From the NCBI GenBank assembly GCA_964610465.1, contig CAZSWA010000002.1:13423-77422 (forward strand): a DNA stretch of 64,000 nucleotides, given 5' to 3'. This document shows, piece after piece, positions 18,890 through 28,978 of this stretch (position 1 is its first letter; every line of letters begins with the position of its first letter). This DNA is from an uncultured Gammaproteobacteria bacterium. Its GTDB lineage: Bacteria; Patescibacteriota; Microgenomatia; Levybacterales; UBA12049. The translations under genes were made by a program, and so were the position numbers. Below the pieces are notes generated by a model. The model did not search any database, was not told the origin of the DNA, and saw only the letters and a program-made list of their open reading frames with translations.

Positions 18890-19648
18890 CTATTCTGCTT
18901 GCTCACTTTTTATCAAAGTATCTGGTATGTCAAAGTTTGCATATACTTTTTGTACATCGCCTAAATCTTCAAGCTTCTCAAGAAATGAAAATGCTCTATC
19001 AGTTGATTCTTTATCAGCAATAGGGGTTGTAGTGACTGGTTTCCATGTAAGTTCTGCTTCTTTTACTGAAAATCCTGCACTAAGTAATGCACTTCTTACT
19101 TTGGATAAATCTTCAGGTTTCGTATAGACAAGAACTGAATCCATAACTTCTTCTACATCTTCTGCTCCGTTGTCTGCTGCAGCAAAAAAAATGTCATCCA
19201 TTGATTTGCCATTTTTATCTACTGTAATAAGACCTTTTTGGACAAATTGGTACATTACACTTCCCGGTACTCCCATTGTTCCACCGTTCTTATCAAAAGT
19301 ATTTTTGACTTCTGCAACTGTTCGCTGTTTGTTATCGGTAACTGCCTCAACTATGACACTAAATCCTCCTGGACCAAATCCTTCATAGAGTGCTTCTTCC
19401 ATATTCTCTGCCTGTTTCCCTGCTGCTCTTTGTATTGCCCTTTCAATATTTTCCTTTGGCATATTGGCATTGCGTGCTGATTCAATGGCTAGACGAAGTT
19501 TGAAATTACTTTCAGGGTCACCTATCCCTCCCCCTTGACGTACTGCCAACGTAATTGCATTGGACAATTTAGTAAACATTTGTCCTCTTTTTATATCATT
19601 TGCGCCTTTTTGTCTTTTAATGGTTGCCCACTTTGAATGCCCACTCAT
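18890..19648 (-). CDS. YebC/PmpR-family DNA-binding regulatory protein
   Basis: N-terminal MSGHSKWATIKRQKG and overall YebC/TACO1 conservation. Confidence 0.9.
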   Translation of the reverse strand: MSGHSKWATIKRQKGANDIKRGQMFTKLSNAITLAVRQGGGIGDPESNFKLRLAIESARNANMPKENIERAIQRAAGKQAENMEEALYEGFGPGGFSVIVEAVTDNKQRTVAEVKNTFDKNGGTMGVPGSVMYQFVQKGLITVDKNGKSMDDIFFAAADNGAEDVEEVMDSVLVYTKPEDLSKVRSALLSAGFSVKEAELTWKPVTTTPIADKESTDRAFSFLEKLEDLGDVQKVYANFDIPDTLIKSEQAE

Positions 19649-19711
19649 TCGCTAATTATACCTTTTCTTACTTGACTTTTGCAACAAAGGTTAGTAGAAT
19701 GACTTTCATTA

Positions 19712-20482
19712 TTGGAACTCTTCTACAGGGATAATAGACCCGAAGGAAGAAAGACAATTTACATGACGCCATTAAAATCCCAAGCTATACAAACTGCCTT
19801 AATGGGAGATTGGAATAGCGCCATCATTTTTAATCGACAACTTCTGGAAGAGAGTCCTAATGATATTGATACTCTCAATAGGCTCGCTTATGCATGCTTA
19901 AGTGCAGGTGACGTAAAAGAAGCAAAAAACCTCTATCAAAAAGTCCTTACTCTTGATATGAAAAACCCTATTGCCTTAAAAAACCTCAAACGTTTGTCTG
20001 ATACGGATTTTAAACGTTCCAATGTGCAATTAAATAATCTTTTTATTGAAGAACCCGGAAAAACGAAAGTCGTTGAACTTATAAATATCGCTGATAAAAA
20101 ATTAATTAGTCCTCTGCGTTCAGGAGAATACCTTAACATGTGTATAAAACGCATGAAAATTTTTGTTCTTGATTCAGATGAAAAATACATTGGCATGCTT
20201 CCTGATGATATAGGTAAAAGACTTATTAAATTCATCAATGGCGGAAACAAATATGAAGCATATGTTCGGACTGTTGGCAATAATCGGATAACGATATTCA
20301 TTCGCGAATTGAAACGTGTAAAACGATATAAGGATCAACCATCATTTATTTCAACTGACAAAGTAAAACTTTCTTTGGAAAATAACACGCTTTCTATAAA
20401 GGCTCAAAACAATACCAAACAGAAAGTGAATGAAGATATTGATGAAAAAGAATCTCAGCCAGAAGAAGAAGAATCTTTATGA
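19712..20482 (+). CDS. TPR-repeat protein, hypothetical
   Basis: N-terminal TPR-like helical repeats and an acidic C-terminus. Confidence 0.55.
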   Translation: MELFYRDNRPEGRKTIYMTPLKSQAIQTALMGDWNSAIIFNRQLLEESPNDIDTLNRLAYACLSAGDVKEAKNLYQKVLTLDMKNPIALKNLKRLSDTDFKRSNVQLNNLFIEEPGKTKVVELINIADKKLISPLRSGEYLNMCIKRMKIFVLDSDEKYIGMLPDDIGKRLIKFINGGNKYEAYVRTVGNNRITIFIRELKRVKRYKDQPSFISTDKVKLSLENNTLSIKAQNNTKQKVNEDIDEKESQPEEEESL

Positions 20483-20613
20483 TAAATAACCTTGCCTCGT
20501 TTTAATGATTTTTTCGCAAGCCGTAACTCCTCTATTCTATTCTGTTTTTTAAGTTCCCATAAAGCAAGTAAAACTGAAACTAGTGCAATAACGATAACAA
20601 TATAAATAAACAT
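20455..20613 (-). CDS. Possible small single-TM protein (~52 aa)
   Basis: Internal ATG 4 nt after the stop of the LytR_C-domain gene. Hydrophobic helix followed by a basic tail. Weak call. Confidence 0.2.
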   Translation of the reverse strand: MFIYIVIVIALVSVLLALWELKKQNRIEELRLAKKSLKRGKVIYHKDSSSSG

Positions 20614-20617
20614 GCTT

Positions 20618-21430
20618 TTAAAATAAAGTCGTATTTGTACTGTCTCTCCCGATTGTAATAACAATGTCTGCTATTGATTTCTGCGTTAGTTTTTCAGATG
20701 GCATTTGAAAAATTTGCATCAACTTGTGCAAAGTATACGACTCATTGCCATAATATGCAATGTATGTATCAGGATCTATATCTCTTGAAGTACTTACAGA
20801 CACTACATTAGCACCCATATTGTTAAGTATTCGTTCAAGTCGTGTTCCTATTCCTGCTACTCCACTTCCATTAATAATTTCAATACTGATATTTTCTTGT
20901 GAAATAGTAGCATCAGTAAATAATTCAGATATTACTTTGTCTAATTGTTGCATATCCATCGGAAGAGAAATATTTTCTTGTGAAACATTTACACTTTGGA
21001 TTTTTTGTGTAAGCAAAAACAATCTAAGTTTGTCAAACAATGATAATGAGCTTCTAAAGTTAGTATTAAATAGTACTTGTGAAGAAAAGGCATTGATATT
21101 TGTTGTATCGGGAATAGAGTTATTTGTTGTAACTACTGCGTCAGAAGCAATACCTAAAGTTCTTGCTATTGTTGACAGGGTCAATTTTGTACTATCTTTG
21201 ATAGTAAGAATAGATGCTGATGTAGTCTGAGGGTTAAATGAAACTACTTCATTTACCTTCTGGTTTTGTGAAAAGACTAGAGTAAATCTATGAGTACCGT
21301 CAAATTTGCTTTCTTTAATAACAAAAACTGTTTTAATAGCAAATGAACTAAGAATGAGAATAAGTACTACTGCACAAAAAACAATAAAAATGCGAAAAGT
21401 ATTTTTGGGAGACGTTGCTTTTTTAGGCAT
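20618..21430 (-). CDS. Membrane-anchored LytR_C-domain protein (LytR/CpsA/Psr-associated C-terminal domain)
   Basis: N-terminal TM segment. C-terminal IEIINGSGVAGIGTRLERILNNMGANVVSVSTSRDID matches the LytR_C domain. Confidence 0.6.
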   Translation of the reverse strand: MPKKATSPKNTFRIFIVFCAVVLILILSSFAIKTVFVIKESKFDGTHRFTLVFSQNQKVNEVVSFNPQTTSASILTIKDSTKLTLSTIARTLGIASDAVVTTNNSIPDTTNINAFSSQVLFNTNFRSSLSLFDKLRLFLLTQKIQSVNVSQENISLPMDMQQLDKVISELFTDATISQENISIEIINGSGVAGIGTRLERILNNMGANVVSVSTSRDIDPDTYIAYYGNESYTLHKLMQIFQMPSEKLTQKSIADIVITIGRDSTNTTLF

Positions 21431-21440
21431 TATATCTATT

Positions 21441-22211
21441 TTACGCTTGAATGAGGTTGTTTTTCAAGAATTCATCAAGCTCATCTGGCAACAGACTTTC
21501 AAATGATAATTGTATGTGGCTTGTCGGGTGAGTAAAAGAAATTTTTGCCGCATGGAGAAATACTCTTCCCAATATTTTTCTATCTCGCTTCATTGTTTTT
21601 CTCCCGGCATAGAGAAAATCAGAAAAAATTGGATATCCCGCATATTTAAGATGTACTCTGATTTGGTGAGTCCTCCCTGTTTGCGGATAGAGTTCAAGAA
21701 AGCTTAATGTTTCATTCTCTTTTGTTTGGTAATATCTAAGTACTTTGTACTCCGTAACTGACTCCCGCCCACCAGGAATTATTCCAAAGCGTTTTCTATT
21801 CCATGGCAGTCGTCCAACAGGAACATTTATCTCCCCTGTTTGAGGAATTGTTTTTCCATGTGCTAATGCAACATATGCTTTTTTGACAACTCTTTCTTTA
21901 AATTGTTTCTGTAAATCTTCAAATGCTCTAGGAGTTTTCGCAAGTAATAAAATACCTGATGTCTCTTTATCCAATCTATGTACCACTCCTCCCCTTTTAT
22001 AAAAATCTGATGTTTCTTTCTCAGGAGACGATAATTTAAGATTGGTAATCTTTTGTTCTGCCCAATCTTGCACAGTAACTTCATTTTTTGTAGTATCAGC
22101 TTTGTTTACTGTTATTCCGGCAGGTTTATCAATGACTAGAAGATCATCGTCTTCATAGATGATCTTTATCCTGTCTTCAATATTTTTTTGAGTCTCCATA
22201 TGTTTATTCAA
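21441..22211 (-). CDS. Pseudouridine synthase, RluA family
   Basis: HRLDKETSGILLLAK catalytic motif and an S4-less RluA-type core. Confidence 0.85.
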   Translation of the reverse strand: MNKHMETQKNIEDRIKIIYEDDDLLVIDKPAGITVNKADTTKNEVTVQDWAEQKITNLKLSSPEKETSDFYKRGGVVHRLDKETSGILLLAKTPRAFEDLQKQFKERVVKKAYVALAHGKTIPQTGEINVPVGRLPWNRKRFGIIPGGRESVTEYKVLRYYQTKENETLSFLELYPQTGRTHQIRVHLKYAGYPIFSDFLYAGRKTMKRDRKILGRVFLHAAKISFTHPTSHIQLSFESLLPDELDEFLKNNLIQA

Positions 22212-22263
22212 GAACTAAGAAAGTGAAAAATTAATAAATCCTGCTTCATGATTTTCTTGATTC

Positions 22264-22947
22264 TTACTTTTTGTTTCTCGTTGTTCTATGCTCTTGTTTC
22301 ATCAAAAGAATAAGACTAAGCAGAAATAAACTCACCATAAAAAAATCATCTATTTTCATGAATAAAAATATCCCGTTGACCGGATTTAGCATTGAAGAAA
22401 GGATTGATGCTGCTGAAAAAGAAAGTAAGAAGAGAATACTCAAACTGCCTTCTCTGAGATTTCCGCTTAACAATCTTGGATAGAGTATTTTTATAAAAAA
22501 CGCAGTTAAGATAAGATAAAGAATGCCTGAAACAAGTGTCAAAAGGATGTCTCCTTTTGCAACAAAAAACGCATTCCCTATAAAAAGAATTGGTAGAACA
22601 GATAGAAATGAAAGAGAAAAGAAGTCAAAAACTCGACCCAGGGGCAACTTATCTTTTCTGCTAATAAGATACAAACAGATAGCAGCTCCCAACACTCCAC
22701 CGGTAAGTGATAATCCATTTATAGACGATGAAAAAAGCTCCATAAAAGAATTTTGTTCTTTTGAGGCATGTAAAACGAGATAGAAAAAACGAGCAAAAAT
22801 AAAACCTCCAAAAGTAATAAGGAATGCAATGTCGAAGATTTTTTCCATAGAGATATTTTTTCTCATGAAGACAAAATCTTCCTTACCCAATTTGTAAATT
22901 CCAAAAAGAAAGATAAAAAAAATGATAAATAGTAATAAAAATTGCAT
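22264..22947 (-). CDS. Probable prolipoprotein diacylglyceryl transferase-like membrane protein
   Basis: Multi-TM protein with Lgt-like ARFFYLV and GLSLTGGVLGAAI (G-loop). Short for Lgt, so tentative. Confidence 0.45.
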   Translation of the reverse strand: MQFLLLFIIFFIFLFGIYKLGKEDFVFMRKNISMEKIFDIAFLITFGGFIFARFFYLVLHASKEQNSFMELFSSSINGLSLTGGVLGAAICLYLISRKDKLPLGRVFDFFSLSFLSVLPILFIGNAFFVAKGDILLTLVSGILYLILTAFFIKILYPRLLSGNLREGSLSILFLLSFSAASILSSMLNPVNGIFLFMKIDDFFMVSLFLLSLILLMKQEHRTTRNKK

Positions 22948-22948
22948 A

Positions 22949-24205
22949 TTATTTCCAAAAAACTCTTACTAAACTGAGTAATAAGAGTAATACTCCTATG
23001 CCTGTAATTACTGCTCCAACTCCAATTAAATCTGAAAGTCCTCCTACAATTATAATAGGAAGAAGGGAAAAAATTCCAACTATTGTATTCATAAATCCAT
23101 AAACTTTCCCCCGAAATTCATCTGAGGTTTTTTCTTGAAGGATAGTATTTGCTGGTACAAAAACTAATGCATTTGCAAAACCAAGAATAAATGCCAAAAA
23201 CGTCATAATATGAAGGATATTGATTTGGAGGAAATGAGGAAGATATACATTAATGTCATGCACAAAATCTCGCGATGTCACTCTTGATCCATATGGCAAA
23301 AATAGCATTGCAATTCCTGAAAAAAATATTCCCCAGGTAATAATATTTTTCTTAGGATGCATATGGAAAAAATTTACTACGGCCATTGCACCAATTACCA
23401 TTCCGAGTGCTGCAGGAGTAACAAAAATTATCGGGAATTCCTCAACACGAATACCCAAGACTTGACTTGCATATCCTGGAGCAATAGTCGCAACCAAAAG
23501 AATAAGAATTTGAGACAATGCCAGAAGAAAAAGCGTATTGTAAATTTCGCGTGTACGCGCCATCATTGATAATGCGTATCGTATGTCTTGAATAATATTA
23601 AGCTTTTCATCTAGCTGCTCTTTTTCTTTCGTACTAAGTATGCGAATCATTGAGATAAAAATTCCACCAACAACGAGCATAAAAGCAAGAACGATAAGTG
23701 TCTTTGTATCTCCCAAAAGTAAAATTAACGGACCTGAAAGAACATAAGCAATAAGTATTGAACCATAAATACCCATGCCAAAAAGCGCATTTGCTGAAAG
23801 AAGAAGTCTATTATCAACAACTAATGGAATGATAGGAGTTTCAGCAGGAATAAAAAACTGGGTTAGAACCGAAAATACAAACGAAATAAAGTAAATCAAG
23901 AAAAGATTATGAATAGAAAATACGAGAACAAGAAGAAGTAAGGCTCGTGCAATATTGGTAATAATAAGAACTTTTTTTTTACTCCATCTATCAACAAATA
24001 CTCCGGCTAATGATCCAAAGAGAATTGCCGGAATAGTGAATGAAATAACAATCCCTGATACTGCAGTATTTGAATGTGCTATTTTAAATACAACAAGTAT
24101 CAGGAAAAAGTTAAAAAGATTGACTGCTATTTGAGTGAACACTTCCCCTATCCAAAGATAGAGAAATGATTTTTCCGTGAGAGCACGAAAAATGTTGCTT
24201 TTCAT
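22949..24205 (-). CDS. MFS transporter
   Basis: 12-TM topology with a D-R-x-S-K-K-like motif. The start was moved to the internal ATG (MKSNIF) that overlaps the efp stop (ATGA-type junction). Confidence 0.8.
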   Translation of the reverse strand: MKSNIFRALTEKSFLYLWIGEVFTQIAVNLFNFFLILVVFKIAHSNTAVSGIVISFTIPAILFGSLAGVFVDRWSKKKVLIITNIARALLLLVLVFSIHNLFLIYFISFVFSVLTQFFIPAETPIIPLVVDNRLLLSANALFGMGIYGSILIAYVLSGPLILLLGDTKTLIVLAFMLVVGGIFISMIRILSTKEKEQLDEKLNIIQDIRYALSMMARTREIYNTLFLLALSQILILLVATIAPGYASQVLGIRVEEFPIIFVTPAALGMVIGAMAVVNFFHMHPKKNIITWGIFFSGIAMLFLPYGSRVTSRDFVHDINVYLPHFLQINILHIMTFLAFILGFANALVFVPANTILQEKTSDEFRGKVYGFMNTIVGIFSLLPIIIVGGLSDLIGVGAVITGIGVLLLLLSLVRVFWK

Positions 24206-24206
24206 T

Positions 24207-24761
24207 TTATGCTTTTTCGCAATATGCACCTGTACGGGTATCGACACGAATGGAATCATTCGTATCTATAAAAAGAGGCACTTTTGTTGTAATACCATTT
24301 TCAAGTACTGCGTCTTTGAAAACATTGGTTGCTGAATTCCCTCGAATTGATGGTCCTGTCTCCAGCACTTTAAAAACCATTTTGGGCGGGAATAAAACAG
24401 AGAGTGCCTCTCCTTCCAAAAAGCTTATGGTAAAACTCTCCCCTTCTTTAAGATACTGATTGTCAGGAATTATTGCAAGTGAGATGGAAACTTGTTCAAA
24501 TGTATCAGGATTCATAAAGTAGGCAAAATCATCATCTTTATAGAGATACTGCATATCTCTTTTTTGAACCTGTACATCATCAACTTTTGCACCGTTTATG
24601 TAACTTTTTTCAGTTGTTGAACCGCTTTTGAGGTTTTTCACCTTGACTTTAATATTGGCTGATCCTCTTCCCATTTTGATATGTTCATAAGACACAACCT
24701 GCAGAAGCTGTCCGTTTTCTCTATATGTTGTTCCAGCACGAAGCTCTGTAACGGATATCAT
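24207..24761 (-). CDS. efp: Elongation factor P
   Basis: KOW and OB domains, length 184 aa, typical EF-P N-terminus. Confidence 0.9.
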   Translation of the reverse strand: MISVTELRAGTTYRENGQLLQVVSYEHIKMGRGSANIKVKVKNLKSGSTTEKSYINGAKVDDVQVQKRDMQYLYKDDDFAYFMNPDTFEQVSISLAIIPDNQYLKEGESFTISFLEGEALSVLFPPKMVFKVLETGPSIRGNSATNVFKDAVLENGITTKVPLFIDTNDSIRVDTRTGAYCEKA

Positions 24762-24928
24762 AGGACTCTATTTTACCAGAAAAGGAGTATGTATTACAAA
24801 TCTATACAGCAACAGTACAAAGTATAAAACAAAAATTGATTTTTATTTTCAAACTGCTATTTTACACTTTTCGCTTTGCATTTTGCGCTACCTTAAATTG
24901 GGAGATAATAGAAGATTATTTTAGTTGA

Positions 24929-26446
24929 CTAATTTTCTCTTAACAAATTAAGCACCGTTCTTACTCCATGTCCTGTTGCACCTTTTGGACCCAAATCACT
25001 TGGTCTAGTAAGAAATGCCGGCCCTGCAATATCAAGATGAACCCATGGTTTGTTGTCTACAAATTCTTCCAAGAAAAGTCCTGCTGCGATTGCTCCTGCA
25101 GCATATCTTGAGTTTGGAATATTGGAGATATCTGCGACATCACTTTTATTGAGTTCTTTGTATTCTTTTTCAAGTGGTAACTCCCACATTTTTTCTCCTG
25201 CATCAAATGCTGCAGCTTTTACTTTTTCAGCCAAATCACGATTGTTTGAAAACAGACCGGTAATATCATTTCCAAGCGCTACAATACATGCGCCTGTGAG
25301 TGTAGCAAAATCTATAAGCTCTGTTGCTCCTTCTTTCACAGCATAAGACAAACTGTCAGCCATTGTCACTCTACCTTCTGCATCAGTATTAAGAATTTCA
25401 ATTGTTTTACCATTGTATGCACGGGCTACATCACCTGGCACAGTGGATGTTCCTGAAATAAGATTTGGAGTGGCAGCAATAAGTCCCATCACTGGAAAAT
25501 CCGGTTGAATATCTGAAATCACTGAGAAAACTCCCAACACAATAGCAGCTCCTGACATATCGCATTTCATTGTCATCATGCTATCTGGCGGTTTGAGAGA
25601 AATTCCTCCACTATCAAATGTTATTCCCTTTCCTATCAGTGCAAGCTTTTTTTTACTCTTTCCTTTTTGTGTTGTGTACTCAAGATGGATAAATTTCGGT
25701 GGAGTATCAGCAGCTTGCGCAATAGAAAGAAACGCTCCCATACCCATTTTTTTTGCTTCATCTTTGTCAATAATTCTGCATTTGATATGTTTGGGGTTGG
25801 ATTTGGCAATATCGACTGCCAAATTGGCAAGAAAAGTAGGTGTTGCGACATTTGCCGGCTCGTTAACCAAGTCACGTGCCAAGATAGTCGCTTGAGAATA
25901 TAATTCTGCAGTCTTAATCGCATCCCGTATTTCTTTTTTCTCAGACTCTTTTTTGGCTGAAATGATAACTGATGCAAATTCTTTTGTCTCTTTTGATTTC
26001 TCTCTGTATTTATTAAATTCATATACGCCAAGAAGCAATCCTTCCGCTATTACATGAGAAAGCACTGTTAGGTCTGTTACTTTCTCCAAGTCTCCTGGTA
26101 TCACAAGAGACGCAGAGTCAATCAAGTGATTCATTCTTCCAGCAAAAACTCCCATTGCCCGGCGCAAGTCATCTGCGACAAATGTATCTTTTGCACCTAG
26201 TCCAATAACAAAGATTCTGGTTGGAACTATTTTTTTATTTGGGATAACAGATAAAATCTCTCCCCTTTTTCCGGTAAATTTGGAAAGTTTGGCGGCAGTA
26301 CTTAACTGTCCGGCTAATGCCTTATCCATATCCTGAAAACTGCCAAGCGGAACAAATGTTTGGTCTTTGGTATTTTGAAATGAAAATACAAGTGCAGCAT
26401 CTGAAGATATTTGAGAAAGTGGATTTTCTGAAAACTCAAAACGCAT
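24929..26446 (-). CDS. pepA: Leucyl aminopeptidase (M17)
   Basis: NTDAEGRV active-site signature and M17 architecture. Confidence 0.9.
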   Translation of the reverse strand: MRFEFSENPLSQISSDAALVFSFQNTKDQTFVPLGSFQDMDKALAGQLSTAAKLSKFTGKRGEILSVIPNKKIVPTRIFVIGLGAKDTFVADDLRRAMGVFAGRMNHLIDSASLVIPGDLEKVTDLTVLSHVIAEGLLLGVYEFNKYREKSKETKEFASVIISAKKESEKKEIRDAIKTAELYSQATILARDLVNEPANVATPTFLANLAVDIAKSNPKHIKCRIIDKDEAKKMGMGAFLSIAQAADTPPKFIHLEYTTQKGKSKKKLALIGKGITFDSGGISLKPPDSMMTMKCDMSGAAIVLGVFSVISDIQPDFPVMGLIAATPNLISGTSTVPGDVARAYNGKTIEILNTDAEGRVTMADSLSYAVKEGATELIDFATLTGACIVALGNDITGLFSNNRDLAEKVKAAAFDAGEKMWELPLEKEYKELNKSDVADISNIPNSRYAAGAIAAGLFLEEFVDNKPWVHLDIAGPAFLTRPSDLGPKGATGHGVRTVLNLLREN

Positions 26447-26480
26447 GTCGTAGGTATTGTAACACTATTTTTTTCAAAAA

Positions 26481-26500
26481 TAAAGGCTAAAATGATATAA
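26481..26500 (+). promoter_or_regulatory. Promoter TTCAAA-17-TATAAT for tRNA-Leu
   Basis: The -10 ends ~17 nt upstream of the tRNA 5' end. Confidence 0.4.
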
Positions 26501-26517
26501 TACTAAAGTTACTTTCC

Positions 26518-26600
26518 GGGCGAGTGGCGGAATGGTATACGCGGTAGTCTCAAAAACTACTAGTCGCAAGGCTGTGTGGGTTCGACTCCCTCCTCGCCCA
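26518..26600 (+). tRNA. tRNA-Leu (anticodon CAA), type II with a long variable arm
   Basis: Acceptor GGGCGAG/CTCGCCC plus discriminator A. Anticodon stem GTAGT/ACTAC with loop CTCAAAA. Long variable arm. GGTTCGACTCC T-loop. No encoded CCA. Confidence 0.8.
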
Positions 26601-27051
26601 CAACCAGGTTACCTGTCAGTTTATAGGCTTCATTTAATTGAAAAATTGACTTCATTTTATTAGTTATAGTGTTAGTTCGATACTTCAACTCATCATAAGT
26701 AGGTTTTGTCTTAAAAATAGCACCAAATAGTACTGCATTCTTGATAGGATCAGACCCATTTAGCAATGTATCTTCAAGATGTTCGAGAAAATAAAAGCAG
26801 CGATTTATGACAGTCTGAACATCTGATTGTTCAACATCCTTTCTTAGTTTCTCTTCTTGAATTTGCATTCTTTCTAACACAAGCTCCTCTAGCTTTTGTT
26901 CCTGTGCTCGGATTGCATGTATAGATGTAAGTCTCGGTAATGTTTCATTGATTAGTTGTTCTTCAGATTCAATATCTTTGAGTTTTTGTGTAAGAGATAT
27001 ACTGTCTTCGATTACTCTTCCTCTTTTCTTTTGCCAATCAGCAATTACCAA
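26560..27051 (-). CDS. Hypothetical coiled-coil protein (163 aa). The 3' end overlaps the tRNA-Leu gene.
   Basis: ORF only. The last ~14 codons are antisense to the tRNA. Confidence 0.35.
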   Translation of the reverse strand: MVIADWQKKRGRVIEDSISLTQKLKDIESEEQLINETLPRLTSIHAIRAQEQKLEELVLERMQIQEEKLRKDVEQSDVQTVINRCFYFLEHLEDTLLNGSDPIKNAVLFGAIFKTKPTYDELKYRTNTITNKMKSIFQLNEAYKLTGNLVVGEEGVEPTQPCD

Positions 27052-27272
27052 CTCCTGTAGTCTTTTGAGAAATTTATCACTTTGGAATAGTGTGAGGTTG
27101 TTTTGTCCATGCTTTGGATAGACCTACTTAACCTACTCATCATTTCAACAACTGCACCTTGTCCACGAAGTCCTGTATCTGCAACATCTGATAATTCTTC
27201 GTCAGTCAAATCACTCAAGACAGCACCACTTGGTACTTGCGATACTGCTCTTATCCTATATGTTTTACTCAT
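27045..27272 (-). CDS. Small hypothetical protein (75 aa) with a leader-peptide-like N-terminal half
   Basis: ..AVLSDLTDEELSDVADTG.. resembles double-glycine/NHLP-type leaders. Locally higher GC. Confidence 0.3.
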   Translation of the reverse strand: MSKTYRIRAVSQVPSGAVLSDLTDEELSDVADTGLRGQGAVVEMMSRLSRSIQSMDKTTSHYSKVINFSKDYRSW

Positions 27273-27334
27273 GGTGTAATTATACTACGCAGAAGAAAAT
27301 GATTGCAGTGCTATACAAACATCTATCGCAGTTT

Positions 27335-28216
27335 TTACAGAAGTGCACCTTTTAGAAGCCTAAATTCTTTCTTCGTGTTCCAAATGTCCAAGAGCTTTTC
27401 AAAATTCTCGTCAGGTTGTTGCATCAGCTTTGCTAGGTCATCTATCTCTTGTAACTTCTCCTCTGGGTTTTTTGAAAAACTTTGCAGCATAGCCAATTCT
27501 GGATGGTGAAGATACATGATTTCACTGTTCATAAGGCAATGGAAGTCATAGAAAAGTTGCCAAGCAATAGTTATGAGTCCCTTAAATCCTCCTGCATTGT
27601 TAAAGTAGCTACCATCTCTTCTTTTTTCTCTTACAGCAAGCCATGCATCTGCTGACCACTCAAATTTTCCTTCTGGGATGTCATACATATCAAATCCAGT
27701 TCTATGCAAGCTACCATCCACATCCATTGTTATCCACCTATCTTCTGTCTTGTTCCAGTACTGAGTTATCCAATGATCCCATGCTACTTTCTCTCCTTCA
27801 AAATATCCTGCAAATCCAGCTCGTACTCTTGCAGGTATCGTCTTTGCTTTAAGAATTGATGCCATAAGAATAGAGACATATCTGCATGTTAGCACAACCT
27901 TATCTTCAACTTTTCTATCCATAGTCAGTCCATTTTGATCTCTTCTAAAAAATTCTGCAAGCATAGCAGCAGTTGTTGCTAGGTTATCATCCTCTGCTTG
28001 TCTGTACCAAGGAACTTTTGTCATATCTCCATATTTCAAGTCTGCATTTGTCCCAACATTACCAGCAGCAAGGGTTGTGCGGTGAATGAAGTTTTTCCGA
28101 AGTAGTAAGCCTAGTTCTCTGACATCATCAGGAAGGGTTTTCAAATAGTCTTCATATAAACCAGGGTAAGTAAACAATCCATATTCAAGGTAGTGGTCTA
28201 TGACTTTTTGTTGCAT
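27335..28216 (-). CDS. Transglutaminase-like cysteine peptidase superfamily protein
   Basis: C-H-D triad context: LTCRYVSILMASILKAKTIPARVRAGF, WDHWITQYW and DRWITMDVD. Confidence 0.7.
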   Translation of the reverse strand: MQQKVIDHYLEYGLFTYPGLYEDYLKTLPDDVRELGLLLRKNFIHRTTLAAGNVGTNADLKYGDMTKVPWYRQAEDDNLATTAAMLAEFFRRDQNGLTMDRKVEDKVVLTCRYVSILMASILKAKTIPARVRAGFAGYFEGEKVAWDHWITQYWNKTEDRWITMDVDGSLHRTGFDMYDIPEGKFEWSADAWLAVREKRRDGSYFNNAGGFKGLITIAWQLFYDFHCLMNSEIMYLHHPELAMLQSFSKNPEEKLQEIDDLAKLMQQPDENFEKLLDIWNTKKEFRLLKGALL

Positions 28217-28376
28217 TAAGTAAGTATAGCATGACAGAAAAGTCTAGGCTAAAAATAAAGGATACTGTAGTTGTTCAAATAACTGATTCATGCTCAAGAA
28301 ATCTTCTATCAATTGGTTCGAGAATGAGCCCTGACTGTCCACTTAATTTCGCCCGGCTTTCAAAAACTCGTGAGGG

Positions 28377-28952
28377 TTAAAAAATAGTTATTCCAAACTT
28401 CTTGAGTTCCCTTGCCAGTGCAAATAAAGGAAGACCTACTACATTAAAGTAATCTCCTTCTATTTTCTCAACAAATACCACTCCTATTCCTTGTATCGCA
28501 TACGCGCCGGCTTTGTCTAAGAGATTTTCTTTCTCTATATAACTTCGTATTTCTTTCTCCTGCAGATTTTTAAAAAAAACTTTTGTTTCAACTGATTTGG
28601 TTATTTTTTTTTGATTTTCTGTGTCCAAAATAGTAAACCCTGTAATAACGGTATGTACTTTTCCACTTAATTTTTTAAGAATTCTTCTTGCATCCCTCCC
28701 ATCTTGCGGTTTGACTAGTACTTCATCTTCCAAAGCAATTATTGTATCTGCTGCAATGATAATTGCGTCATTATACTTTGCGGCAACAGCTTTGGCTTTT
28801 TCTTTTGAAAGCAGTTCTGCTTGCCCTTTGGGTTTAAGTCTTGGATTGAGCTTTTCTTCTATCTCACTTGGAACTACTTCAAAATCGATATCAAGTTGTT
28901 TCAACAACCGTTTACGCCTTGGAGATTCTGATGCTAAAATAATTCTTCTCAT
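28377..28952 (-). CDS. maf: Maf-like nucleoside triphosphate pyrophosphatase
   Basis: N-terminal ILASESPRRKRLL and ~190 aa Maf/Ham1 fold. Confidence 0.85.
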   Translation of the reverse strand: MRRIILASESPRRKRLLKQLDIDFEVVPSEIEEKLNPRLKPKGQAELLSKEKAKAVAAKYNDAIIIAADTIIALEDEVLVKPQDGRDARRILKKLSGKVHTVITGFTILDTENQKKITKSVETKVFFKNLQEKEIRSYIEKENLLDKAGAYAIQGIGVVFVEKIEGDYFNVVGLPLFALARELKKFGITIF

Positions 28953-28978
28953 GCTTTCTTTGTCTCAAATTTCGGATT

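Noticed and set aside
24206-24259. Upstream 18 codons of the MFS ORF overlapping efp
   Set aside because: An internal ATG gives an ATGA-type junction with the efp stop. The 53-nt overlap is unlikely.
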